Shown here piece by piece: positions 1 through 10,460 of a stretch of 64,000 bases of DNA. Numbering within the stretch: the stretch's first letter is position 1; every line of letters starts with the position of its first letter. Both the position numbers and the translations under genes were made by a program. This DNA comes from Minisyncoccota bacterium (GTDB lineage: Bacteria > Patescibacteriota > Minisyncoccia > Phycocordibacterales > Phycocordibacteraceae). The notes under the pieces were generated by a model. It worked only from the letters and a program-made list of their open reading frames with translations. It was not told where the DNA came from and did no database searches. The stretch covers positions 22,544 through 86,543 of the forward strand of contig DATAJW010000013.1 in the NCBI GenBank assembly GCA_036261925.1. The letters are read 5' to 3'.

Positions 1-378
1 GCTTCCGCATGATTGCAGCGAGCATCCGCTCACGAAGCTCTGGCCGCCAGCGGCGCTCCGCTGGCCGAAAGCGAAATAACCACAACGCGTCATTGACCTC
101 GCCCCGACAGGGTGTAAGGTGCATAAGGACCTGGTTCTTTGGGGGAACGCGTCACGCATCCAAGTCGGGGGCACCGATTTCAGTCCGTGCGGTTTTGCGA
201 CCGCTGCGATTTACAGGGCCCGCGGGCCACTTCTTACGCCGACGGACGGACGATAGCAACCAAACGCTTCGCTTGCGCCTTTCCAACCCTTAACCAGGTC
301 CACCCCCCTTCCGTTCATCATATCGACGCTCCTCCGGGAGCGTTTTTCCTTACCTCCCGGCAGTAGTACCATGTACGT

Positions 379-1071
379 ATGGCCAAGGAACGACCCGTCG
401 CCGTATTCGATATCGATGGGACGCTCTTCCGCTCCTCGCTCCTCATCGAGCTCGTGGAGGAGCTTATCCAGCGGGAGATATTCCCCGAGAAGGCGCGGCG
501 TTCGTACGAGGACGCGCGCACCGAATGGCTCAACCGGAAGGGGGAGTACGAGCCGTTCATCAAGAAGGTGATAGCGGCATTCGGCACCTACGCGAAGGGC
601 GTCGAGTACGGTGTCGTCGCCGATGTCGCCGGTGAGATCATCGAGGCGAAGCATAGCCGCGTGTACCGCTATACCCGCGACCTGCTCGACGACCTGAAGG
701 CCAAAGGCTACTTCCTCCTCGCGATATCCCATTCCCCGAAGTTCATCGTGGACGGGTTCGCGTACGAGCTCGGGTTCCACAAGTCCTACGGCACGTTCTA
801 CGAGACGGGCGCGACGAACCGCTTCACCGGCAGCATCGAGGACGAGCACCTCATCATGAACAAGGCAGCGGTACTCAAGCGCGCAGTCGAGAAGGAGAAC
901 CTGACGTTCAAGAACTCCTATGGGGTCGGCGATACCGAGAGCGATGTCTCCATGCTCACGATGGTCGAGAATCCCATCGCGTTCAATCCGAACCGTATCC
1001 TGTACCGCCACGCGAAGAAGAGCGGCTGGCCGATAGTCGTCGAGCGGAAGGACGTCATCTACGAGCTGTAG
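379..1071 (+). CDS. HAD-superfamily hydrolase, subfamily IB (phosphoserine-phosphatase-like)
   Basis: N-terminal DIDGTL motif (HAD motif I), later GDTESD; 230 aa. Confidence 0.7.
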   Translation: MAKERPVAVFDIDGTLFRSSLLIELVEELIQREIFPEKARRSYEDARTEWLNRKGEYEPFIKKVIAAFGTYAKGVEYGVVADVAGEIIEAKHSRVYRYTRDLLDDLKAKGYFLLAISHSPKFIVDGFAYELGFHKSYGTFYETGATNRFTGSIEDEHLIMNKAAVLKRAVEKENLTFKNSYGVGDTESDVSMLTMVENPIAFNPNRILYRHAKKSGWPIVVERKDVIYEL

Positions 1072-1093
1072 CGGTTTTTGATATACTGCGTAC

Positions 1094-1336
1094 ATGCATA
1101 AGAAACTGACCAGAAGCACTGAGCACCGCGTCATCGCGGGCGTCATGGGCGGCATCGCGGAGTTCGTCGATACGGACCCGAACGCTATCCGCCTCATCTA
1201 CGCGCTCCTCACGATATTCAGCGGGTTCATTCCGGGTATCATCGGCTACATCGTCGCGATGCTCATCCTCCCGGTGAAGGTGACCATTACGCCGTCTGAA
1301 CCAGTGCGCGGCGAGGATGACTCCGCAGCAGTTTAG
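1094..1336 (+). CDS. PspC-domain small membrane protein
   Basis: RVIAGVMGGIAEFVDTDPNAIRLIYALLTIF followed by a TM helix, typical PspC domain. Confidence 0.7.
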   Translation: MHKKLTRSTEHRVIAGVMGGIAEFVDTDPNAIRLIYALLTIFSGFIPGIIGYIVAMLILPVKVTITPSEPVRGEDDSAAV

Positions 1337-2126
1337 GATCCTCGTCTGGCGCCACTTCCGCAAGGAAGGGCGGCACGACTTGCCATGGCGTACGACGACG
1401 GACGCGTACCGCATCCTCGTCTCGGAGGTGATGCTGCAGCAGACGCAGGTGGAGCGGGTCGTCCCGTTCTACCTGGCGTTCTTGAAGAAATTCCCGACCG
1501 TACGGAAGCTCGCCGATGCATCGCTCTCCTCGGTACTCCAAAGCTGGCAGGGGCTCGGGTATAACCGACGCGCGAAGATGCTGCACGAGGCCGCGAAGAC
1601 GGTCGTTCGCGACTACCACGGGAAGATGCCGACGGACAGCGCGATACTCGAATCGCTTCCCGGCGTGGGTCCCTATACCGCGCGGGCAGTCGCCGCGTTC
1701 TCCGCGAACACGGACAGCATTTTCATAGAGACGAATATCCGCACAGCGGTAACGCATCATTTCTTCGGCGATAGGGAGCAGGTGGCGGACGCAGAAGTCA
1801 TCGCTGTCCTCGAGCAGGCCTATCCGAAAGGACGGGCGCGGGAGTGGTATGCGGCGCTCATGGATTATGGCTCCTTCCTTAAGCGTTCCGGCGTTCGGGT
1901 GAATGCACGCGCGAAAGGGTACGCGAAACAGAAGTCGTTCGCGGGGTCAGCGCGCGAAGCGCGCGGACGGATATTGAAAGCGCTCATCGATAGCCCGAAG
2001 ACTACTCACATCCTGACGAGCCAGCTTGGCCCCGAACGGAAGGAGCAGATGAAGGCCCAGCTCGCTGCGCTCGCCGCGGAAGGCCTTATCGAAAGGAAAG
2101 GCGAGAAGTACCAGCTCCCCGGCTAG
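1317..2126 (+). CDS. HhH-GPD base-excision DNA glycosylase (MutY/Nth-like, no Cys cluster visible)
   Basis: LPGVGPYTARAV HhH-GPD motif, QQTQVERV; no C-x-C Fe-S cluster seen. Confidence 0.65.
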   Translation: MTPQQFRILVWRHFRKEGRHDLPWRTTTDAYRILVSEVMLQQTQVERVVPFYLAFLKKFPTVRKLADASLSSVLQSWQGLGYNRRAKMLHEAAKTVVRDYHGKMPTDSAILESLPGVGPYTARAVAAFSANTDSIFIETNIRTAVTHHFFGDREQVADAEVIAVLEQAYPKGRAREWYAALMDYGSFLKRSGVRVNARAKGYAKQKSFAGSAREARGRILKALIDSPKTTHILTSQLGPERKEQMKAQLAALAAEGLIERKGEKYQLPG

Positions 2127-3277
2127 CGGATGTCCTGCATGCCGAGCGCAGCCCATGTCCCGAGCAACGCGATGGCTATGCCGGTGGATATGAAGAGCGT
2201 GCCATAGCCGGTGGTCGCGAGCAGGATGCTGCCGACCAAGGGCGCGACGAGCGCGCCTGCCGGGCGCATCATGCGTATCACGCTCACGGTGCTCGCGTCG
2301 CGCTCGTCGACCCTGCGGAAGAAGTGCCCCTCGACCATGGCTTCAGTGATGGCCGCCCCGACGCGGGTGAGGAGGAGGATGCCGAAGACGGCCGCGAGCG
2401 GGGTCGCGAGCGTGATGAGCGGCACGAGCGCGAACGCGCCGCCCATGATGAGGAATCCGGCGACGAGCATCTCCTTATCGCCGATGAACCGGTCCGCTAT
2501 CCAGCCGGCAGGGTACTCGAGGAAGACGAAGGGCAGGAGCGCGAACGCGAGAAGCCAGCCGAGATCGCTCCAGGGCATCCCGAGGACCGTATGGAGATAG
2601 AGCGGTATGTAGAGCGGCGCGAGATTGTAGAAGACCTGGAGCATGGCGTGCGCGAAGGTGACCGAACGCAGGTCCTTGTCGTTCATGATGCAGATGCAGG
2701 TCGCGGAAAGCCGCGATATGCGCGGCGGCGCGCCTTCCTGCGGCCGCTCGAACAGGAAGAGCATGATGAACGGGGTGAGCGACAGGCTCGCGGCGAGGAA
2801 GACGCCCCGGTAGTCGCTGCCGTCGCCGAGGATGGCGCCGATGAGGAGCGGCGCGAGGATGACCGCGACGCTGCTCGCGGTCAGGAACGCGGTGCGGATG
2901 CGGCCGGTCGAGCCCTCCTCCCTCACCGTCGCCTCGAGCAGGAGGTCGAGCTGGTAGGCGATGAACGGCGCGGTCGCGCAGACGAGCGCGAGGAGCCCTG
3001 CGGCGAATACGGGAATGGGATTCGCGGCGAGCAGGAGGAGCATGACCGCCTGCAGGAACGCGAGCGCGAGCGCGATGTTCCTCGATCCGAACCTCCTGAC
3101 GAGGCTCGGCATCCAGGGGAAGACCGCGAGGGTCACGACCGCGCCGAGCGAGATGACGAGCCCGGCCGCATCGTCGGACATGAACGTCGCGAGGTACGGT
3201 CCGATGATGTAGATGATGAGGAAGAAATGCCCGCCCGAGAGGAAATTCCCGAACGAGAGCAGGGCGCGCGGCGACAT
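2123..3277 (-). CDS. MFS transporter
   Basis: about 12 predicted TM segments, MFS-like topology, 384 aa. Confidence 0.65.
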   Translation of the reverse strand: MSPRALLSFGNFLSGGHFFLIIYIIGPYLATFMSDDAAGLVISLGAVVTLAVFPWMPSLVRRFGSRNIALALAFLQAVMLLLLAANPIPVFAAGLLALVCATAPFIAYQLDLLLEATVREEGSTGRIRTAFLTASSVAVILAPLLIGAILGDGSDYRGVFLAASLSLTPFIMLFLFERPQEGAPPRISRLSATCICIMNDKDLRSVTFAHAMLQVFYNLAPLYIPLYLHTVLGMPWSDLGWLLAFALLPFVFLEYPAGWIADRFIGDKEMLVAGFLIMGGAFALVPLITLATPLAAVFGILLLTRVGAAITEAMVEGHFFRRVDERDASTVSVIRMMRPAGALVAPLVGSILLATTGYGTLFISTGIAIALLGTWAALGMQDIR

Positions 3278-3327
3278 TGCGTTTCATTTTAGCATCACGG
3301 CAGCCATCCGCGCTGCGTTCGCAGGAA

Positions 3328-3363
3328 GATTCCAACCCTCTGAATCCTTACGGGTTAGATTCG
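3328..3363. repeat. Copy d of a about 40-nt conserved hairpin element (GATTCCAACCC-loop-GGGTTAGATTC)
   Basis: near-identical stem to copies at 41809, 47630, 53449. Confidence 0.6.
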
Positions 3364-3380
3364 CTTGCGTTGCTTCGTCA

Positions 3381-3413
3381 CGTAAAGCCCCGCACGAAGT
3401 GCGGGGCTTTACG
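3381..3413. terminator. perfect palindromic hairpin (CGTAAAGCCCCGCAC GAA GTGCGGGGCTTTACG), likely terminator downstream of RNase J
   Basis: 33-nt perfect inverted repeat seen in sequence. Confidence 0.6.
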
Positions 3414-3578
3414 TACGTTTCAGTTGGCCGACTGACGGTCGTTCGACCGATGAGAATCCTCGTGCAAACGCTTCTTATGCGAGGCAGGGGAAGACGGGCG
3501 CACGACGCGTATCGAGCATGCGAAGAGAGTGCTCGGCGGGGACCCGAGCGACGCAGAAGGAGCGTTTGAACGGATCCG

Positions 3579-5558
3579 CTACACCCCGATCAACACCGGG
3601 ATGACCATCGGCGCCTTGTTCGAGCGCGTGAACAGGTAGCCTGCCATCGTATCGGAGAGCGCGTTCTTCACGTGGTCGAGATCGACGGGGTTCATGCCCT
3701 GCGTGGAGTCCTCGACGGTCTTCTTGATGAGGAGGCGCGCCTGGTTGAGCATGTCCTGGTTCTCGCGCAGGTAGACGAAGCCGCGGCTGATGATGTCCGG
3801 CGACTTGCGGAGCTTCCCGGTCTTCAGGTTGACCGTCGCGATGATGACGAACATGCCGTCCTTCGCGAGCATCTGGCGGTCGCGGATGACGACCTCCTGC
3901 AGGTCGCTGATGGAGAAGCCGTCCACCGCGAGCGGGGAGCTCGGCACCTTCTGCTTGTGGATGTTCATGCGCTCGCCGTCCTCGATGTCGATGACCATGC
4001 CGTTGTCGGCGACGACGATGGATTCCTTCGGGCGTCCGGCCTGCTCCACGGCCTTCGCGTGCGAGGCGGTCATGGAGTAGTAGCCGTAGGCGGGCATGAA
4101 GAACTTGGCGTTGACTTGCTTGTTGATCCAGATGAGCTCGCCGGTGTTGCCGTGGCCGGTCGAGTGCACGTCGGAGGAACGGTAATGGATGAGGGTGACG
4201 CCGTTGCGGTACAGGTTGTCCTTCAGGGTCTGCACCGAGATCTCGTTGCCGGGGATGACGGAGGACGAGAGCACGATGGTATCGCGCGGGGTGAGCGTGA
4301 TGCTCTTGTGCTGCTTGGTCGCGATGCGCATGAGCGCGGCGAACTCCTCGCCCTGCGCGCCGGTCGAGAGGATGACGATCTTATCGGGCGGATAGTCGCC
4401 GATCTCCTGCGCGCTGATGATGGTCTCCTTCTTCACCTTGAGGAGGCCGGTCTTCTGCGCGATCTCGAGATTGGTCTTGATGGAGCGGCCTTCGGTGACG
4501 ATTTTCTTGCCGAGCGATTCCGCTATCTCGATGATGCGGACCATGCGCTCGAACTGCGAGGCGAAGGTACCGATGATGAGGCGGCCCTGCACGGTCTTGA
4601 TGATGCCCTCGAGGGTCTCGTGCACCTTGCGCTCGGGAACCGAGAATCCGTCGCGCTCCGCGTTCGTGGAGTCGGCGATGAACATGAGGTTCTTCTGCTT
4701 GGCGAGCACGCCCCAGGTATCGACTTCCTTCTGGGTCGGGATGCCGTTCTCGTGGTCGAGCTTGAGGTCGCCCGTGACGACGACGTTGCCGTACGGGGTC
4801 TCGATGGCGATGCCCATGGAATCCGGTATGGAGTGGGTCACGGCGAAGAACTGGACCTTCGTCGCGCCTATGGTCATGGTCTGGCCGGCCTCGACGACGA
4901 CGAGGTTCGGCTTGGGCATATCCGGATATTCCTCCTGGCGCTTCGCGATCATGACCGCGGTCAGGTTCTGGGTATAGATAGGCGGGTTGCCCATGCGCTC
5001 CATGAGGAACGGGATACCGCCGATGTGGTCGAGATGGCCGTGGGTGATGAACACGCCGCGGATGCGCTCCTTATGCTTCTCGAGGTAGGTGGTGTTCGGG
5101 AGCAGGTAATCGACGCCGGGATTGGAGCCCTCGGAGACGAACTGGAAGCCGACGTCGAAGACGAATATATCGTTGTTGGTCTCGACGCAGAACATGTTGC
5201 GGCCGACCTCCTCGACGCCGCCGAGCGGGATGACGCGGACGACCGACTTCGCGGGAGCCTCGGGAAGGTAGACGGGCACGTTCTTCGGTGCCGCTCCCTG
5301 GGATGGCCCGGAAGGACGGCGCAGCGTGCGGCGTATCTGGCGGGAGACGCGGCCGGGACGGCCGCCGCCCTGGGGAGCGCGCTCGCCGCGAGGCGCGCCC
5401 GGCGCGCGGCCCTGGCCGCCCCGTCCCTGGCCGCCGCGCGTGCGTGTGCGGGGACCGCGTTCAGGACGCGGGCCGCGTGGCGCGGGCGTGGCGGAGCTGC
5501 TAGGTGATCGCGGCGCGGGAGCAGGGGCCGGAGCCGGCGCGGAGGATGCATTCGACAT
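3579..5558 (-). CDS. rnj: Ribonuclease J (metallo-beta-lactamase / beta-CASP) with Arg/Gly/Pro-rich N-terminal extension
   Basis: HGHLDHIGG motif, beta-CASP region, RNase J C-terminal domain; first about 105 aa low-complexity PAPAPA/RGG. Confidence 0.85.
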   Translation of the reverse strand: MSNASSAPAPAPAPAPRSPSSSATPAPRGPRPERGPRTRTRGGQGRGGQGRAPGAPRGERAPQGGGRPGRVSRQIRRTLRRPSGPSQGAAPKNVPVYLPEAPAKSVVRVIPLGGVEEVGRNMFCVETNNDIFVFDVGFQFVSEGSNPGVDYLLPNTTYLEKHKERIRGVFITHGHLDHIGGIPFLMERMGNPPIYTQNLTAVMIAKRQEEYPDMPKPNLVVVEAGQTMTIGATKVQFFAVTHSIPDSMGIAIETPYGNVVVTGDLKLDHENGIPTQKEVDTWGVLAKQKNLMFIADSTNAERDGFSVPERKVHETLEGIIKTVQGRLIIGTFASQFERMVRIIEIAESLGKKIVTEGRSIKTNLEIAQKTGLLKVKKETIISAQEIGDYPPDKIVILSTGAQGEEFAALMRIATKQHKSITLTPRDTIVLSSSVIPGNEISVQTLKDNLYRNGVTLIHYRSSDVHSTGHGNTGELIWINKQVNAKFFMPAYGYYSMTASHAKAVEQAGRPKESIVVADNGMVIDIEDGERMNIHKQKVPSSPLAVDGFSISDLQEVVIRDRQMLAKDGMFVIIATVNLKTGKLRKSPDIISRGFVYLRENQDMLNQARLLIKKTVEDSTQGMNPVDLDHVKNALSDTMAGYLFTRSNKAPMVIPVLIGV

Positions 5559-5703
5559 AACTACGTGGGGTCTGATTAGTGGTGTGATGTATAGAGCGAG
5601 GATGCCCGGGTGTCGGCGGGTGCGCCGCGGGTCTCCTCTGCTTGCGAACAGCGGGCAGTAGGCGATGCGTAAGGCATCAAACGGGCCTACTACGTGCTAT
5701 TCG

Positions 5704-7413
5704 CTAGCGCGCGAGGAACGGCCAGATGTATTCGCTATGGCGGTGCCAGCCGTATACGGTGGCGAACCGGTCCGACGGCGAAGCTATCTGGGGAAGCACG
5801 ATGCCGTCCAAGTCGTTGGGTACAGCATACAGGAAGTCGGGGGCATGCGTAAAGGCTGCCGGGAAATCGCCCGCGATGAGGTTGCTCGCCGCCTGGATAT
5901 CGATGAGCGCCTGGGCGGGGTCGTTCTCGGTGCGCGCACGCGCGAGGAGCTCGTCCACGGTCGGATTCGCGTACCCGGCGATGTTGAGGCCGGGATCCGC
6001 GACCTGCCCCGAGTCCCAGAACGCGAAGAGGTCGCGGTCGCGGCCGATGACCTCGCCGAAGAGCAGCGCCTGGTACGCGCGCGGGCGTATGACGTCGCGC
6101 GTCAGGCTGCCGGAGTCGTAGAGCTCGACCGTGACGGGGATGCCGAGCGCCTCCCAGTCCTCCTTCACGAGGCTCGCGATGGTCTTCAGCTCGGGCACGC
6201 TCGAGGTCTTGAGCGTGATGCCGGGAAGCACGCGGCCAGCCTTTTCCCAGCCGACGCCTTCCGCGAACTTCCAGCCGGCGTCCGCGAGCGCCGCGCGCGC
6301 TTGCGTCATGCGCCCGCTCGGGTCGGGCGGAGTAGGGGACTCGATGCCGATGCCGGGCGGCACCGGCCCGAGGCTCGGCGTGCCGTAGCCACCGAGCACC
6401 TCGTTCACGATGCGCGTGCGGTCTATCGCGAGCGAGAGCGCCTCGCGTACGCCGTCGTCCCCGAAGTCCGTGTACTCGGCCGGGTTATAGAAGACGCCGA
6501 ACATGCGGGCGTAGGGCGCGCGGAGCGCGCCCGCGCGCTTGAAGCCGTACGCGCTCTCGACCGCGCCCCGGCGCAATGCCGCGGCGAGGTCGTCCGCGTT
6601 CGAGTAGAATCGGAGCGTGATGCGATCGAGGAACGGCCGGCCGGCCGTGAACCCCTCGAACGCCTCGAGACGGTATTCCTTTATGACGCCGTCGCGATCG
6701 CGGACGACGCGGGTGACCGCGAACGGGCCGGCGCCCACCGGACGCTCCATAAGCGGCGAGAAGGGGAACTGGTCGTTGCTCACGTCGCGCCAATGCCGTG
6801 CAGGCAGGATGCCGAGCGTCGTATCCTCGAGGAATGGCGCGTACGGCTGCGGCAGGATGAAGCGTACGGTACGCGCATCCACGACCTCCGCGCGGATGTT
6901 CGCCCAGTTCGCGTACTCGGGCGACTTCAAGTCCGGGTCCTGCGCCTTCTCGACGGTGAACACGACGTCCTCGCTCGTCACCGACGAGCCGTCGGAGAAC
7001 GTGGCGTCCGCACGGATGACGAAGGTGTAGGTACGGCCGTCCTCGGAGACGGCATAGCTCTCGGCGAGCCGGGGCTCGAGCAGGCCGTCCGCCCCGATGC
7101 CCATGAGCCCCGCGTACGTCAGCGCGGTGAGGTCCCGGTCGGCATCGGTGAGCGCGAGCAACGGATTCACGAAGCGCGGGTTCCCGACGACGCCTTCGGT
7201 GAGGCTGCCGCCTTCGGCGGGCACGCGGACGAGGAAGGATTTCTGGAGCGCGCGCAGCCCCACGAGGCAGGTAGCGACGAGCGCAATGCCGAGCACGGCG
7301 GCGATGAGCTTGTCGCCGGGCGCGAGCGTGCCTATGAACGCGAAGGCGCCGCGCATGCCGCGGCGTTCAGAGGTGCTCTCGAGTGAGGTAGGGAAGCGGT
7401 CGAATCGCTTCAT
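5704..7413 (-). CDS. ABC transporter substrate-binding protein, family 5 (peptide/nickel type)
   Basis: N-terminal TM/signal, SBP_bac_5-like length and motifs, 569 aa. Confidence 0.6.
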   Translation of the reverse strand: MKRFDRFPTSLESTSERRGMRGAFAFIGTLAPGDKLIAAVLGIALVATCLVGLRALQKSFLVRVPAEGGSLTEGVVGNPRFVNPLLALTDADRDLTALTYAGLMGIGADGLLEPRLAESYAVSEDGRTYTFVIRADATFSDGSSVTSEDVVFTVEKAQDPDLKSPEYANWANIRAEVVDARTVRFILPQPYAPFLEDTTLGILPARHWRDVSNDQFPFSPLMERPVGAGPFAVTRVVRDRDGVIKEYRLEAFEGFTAGRPFLDRITLRFYSNADDLAAALRRGAVESAYGFKRAGALRAPYARMFGVFYNPAEYTDFGDDGVREALSLAIDRTRIVNEVLGGYGTPSLGPVPPGIGIESPTPPDPSGRMTQARAALADAGWKFAEGVGWEKAGRVLPGITLKTSSVPELKTIASLVKEDWEALGIPVTVELYDSGSLTRDVIRPRAYQALLFGEVIGRDRDLFAFWDSGQVADPGLNIAGYANPTVDELLARARTENDPAQALIDIQAASNLIAGDFPAAFTHAPDFLYAVPNDLDGIVLPQIASPSDRFATVYGWHRHSEYIWPFLAR

Positions 7414-7437
7414 AGGGAAGGGTTGCTAGAGCGTGCC

Positions 7438-7668
7438 CTAGATAAGGAATCCGGCGATGGCGGTAAGGACGAAGAGAACCGCGATGACGATGGTCGCATT
7501 GAAGAGGAAGAGCTCCGCGCCGCGGCGCTTGTAGAAGGTGGAGGCGAAGTTGTCGCCGCCGAACGCGCCACCGAGCGAAGCGCCGCGATTCTGCAGCACG
7601 ATGCCGAGCACGAGCAGCACGGACAGCACTATCTGGATGTAGGGCAGGTATGCCGCGAGGTAGGCCAT
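7438..7668 (-). CDS. secG: Preprotein translocase subunit SecG (start chosen at internal Met)
   Basis: LGIVLQNRGASLGGAFGG...ATIVIAVLFV typical SecG; the tool ORF extends to 7815 but the upstream part is non-conserved. Confidence 0.6.
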   Translation of the reverse strand: MAYLAAYLPYIQIVLSVLLVLGIVLQNRGASLGGAFGGDNFASTFYKRRGAELFLFNATIVIAVLFVLTAIAGFLI

Positions 7669-7791
7669 AGGGTAGGGGAACCATAGCATATATAGGCCAT
7701 ATGAAAAGCCCCCGAGATGGATTTCTCGTCGGTAATTATCATGAATCAATACTTCCATGGCGAAGTCAAGTTGCAGGCATGCGGCGTTCGT

Positions 7792-7820
7792 TTGACGCCG
7801 TAGAGCCATCTTCATATACT
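7792..7820 (+). promoter_or_regulatory. sigma70-type promoter for groES (TTGACG-17-TATACT)
   Basis: -35 at 7792-7797, -10 at 7815-7820. Confidence 0.55.
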
Positions 7821-7830
7821 GTGGATAACT

Positions 7831-7864
7831 TTAGAGCGTCTTGAGGAAGCTCTAGGCGCTCTAA
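7831..7864 (+). promoter_or_regulatory. CIRCE-like inverted repeat (variant HrcA operator) upstream of groES
   Basis: TTAGAGCGTC-N14-GGCGCTCTAA inverted repeat immediately downstream of the -10. Confidence 0.45.
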
Positions 7865-7923
7865 AAGTGAAAACGGGCAATTTCTTTACTAAGCGCTAAT
7901 CGCAGCTGCGAACTTTCTTTCGT

Positions 7924-8232
7924 ATGGCAAAGACCGAAAAACTCTCTATCGCTCCGCTCGCTGACCGCGTCGTCATCGAGCCTTCCCCTAAGGAAACCGT
8001 GTCCGCATCCGGCATCATAATCCCGGACTCGGCCAGCCGAGAAAAGCCGGAGCAGGGAACCGTAGTCGCAGTCGGCCCCGGCCGCTATGACGACGGCGCC
8101 TTGGTCCCGATGACGCTCAAGTCCGGCGACACCGTCCTCTTCTCCAAGTACGGCTACGACGAGGTGAAGGTCGACGGCACCGACTACCTCATCCTCCCCG
8201 AGTCGAGCGTATTAGCAGTCATTAGCCACTAG
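7924..8232 (+). CDS. groES: Co-chaperonin GroES
   Basis: 102 aa, classic GroES sequence. Confidence 0.95.
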   Translation: MAKTEKLSIAPLADRVVIEPSPKETVSASGIIIPDSASREKPEQGTVVAVGPGRYDDGALVPMTLKSGDTVLFSKYGYDEVKVDGTDYLILPESSVLAVISH

Positions 8233-8300
8233 GCACTGGGCAGTTAGTAGGATTCGAACTTCCCTATTCTTCCCTAACGCCTGATTCCCTAACAAACTAA

Positions 8301-9947
<1,647 letters not shown>

Positions 9948-10013
9948 GAAGTAAGCAGTAGGTAGTAGGCAGGTTGAAGGGAATTGACTTCCCTGCCTGG
10001 CTATAAAAGATTC

Positions 10014-10045
10014 GAGGCGCGGTCCAGGGACCGCGCCTCTTTCAA
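10014..10045. terminator. intrinsic terminator hairpin after groEL (GAGGCGCGGTCCAGGGACCGCGCCTC + TTT)
   Basis: GC-rich stem followed by a T run. Confidence 0.7.
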
Positions 10046-10210
10046 TCCTCGTGCCCTCGGAATGAATCGATGAGCGTCGCGATGACCGGAACGATGTACA
10101 GGCCGGCGATCGCGGCAAGGCACGCGTAGGCCGCTACATGCGACTCCGTGAGGATGGCGACCGCGAGCACGATGAGCAGCGTCACGGGAAGTTCGAGCTC
10201 GTTTCGCATA
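10043..10210 (-). CDS. small hydrophobic protein (55 aa), strong SD
   Basis: GGAGAAAGGAG upstream of ATG at 10210; single TM; not in the ORF track (<60 aa). Confidence 0.35.
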
Positions 10211-10313
10211 AGATGCTCCTTTCTCCTTCCGGCACGCTACTACGCGGCTGGCGAAAGGGCAACGCGATGCCGTCACGATGAGTTCGCCGCAGGCTGTGCC
10301 TGCGGCGGGGATC

Positions 10314-10460
10314 TCAATCGAGGCGGTCGATCTCGTCCGCGCGGATGCTCCGGCGGCAGATGATCACGAAGATGGCGATGAAGACAAGTGCCGCCACCCA
10401 GCTCAAGGGTCCGAACAGGTGGTCGAGAAAGTACGACCAGTACTCCTGCAGCGCATAGAT
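10314..10460 (-). CDS. small membrane protein (49 aa) from internal Met, strong SD
   Basis: AAGGAGAA 7 nt upstream of MIYALQEYW...; one TM helix. Confidence 0.35.
   Translation of the reverse strand: MYALQEYWSYFLDHLFGPLSWVAALVFIAIFVIICRRSIRADEIDRLD

Noticed and set aside
9-366. ORFs 9..293 and 139..366 at the window start
   Set aside because: Arginine/serine-rich nonsense-like translations. The region is better explained as non-coding: a terminator and a GGGGG-start structured segment (see finding).
161-560. Complete one-piece tmRNA
   Set aside because: Only the 5' about 40 nt resemble tmRNA. No ALAA-type tag frame, no 3' T-arm/CCA, and the HAD gene starts at 379. Kept only as a low-confidence ncRNA candidate.
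211-1197. 328-aa minus-strand ORF overlapping the HAD hydrolase gene
   Set aside because: Antisense to a well-supported gene in a 65% GC genome. Low-complexity R/A/L/G-rich translation typical of spurious high-GC frames. The same reasoning applies to 3672..5507, 5665..7386, 8328..10118, 8900..9712, 13659..15758, 16020..17438, 17362..18786, 20148..21509, 22376..23914, 24240..25997, 31684..32733, 37570..38691, 39319..40428, 40301..41614, 41112..41657, 44845..45489, 46090..46800, 46686..47447, 47659..48873, 49074..49769, 50250..52949, 59083..59880 and 60960..61568.
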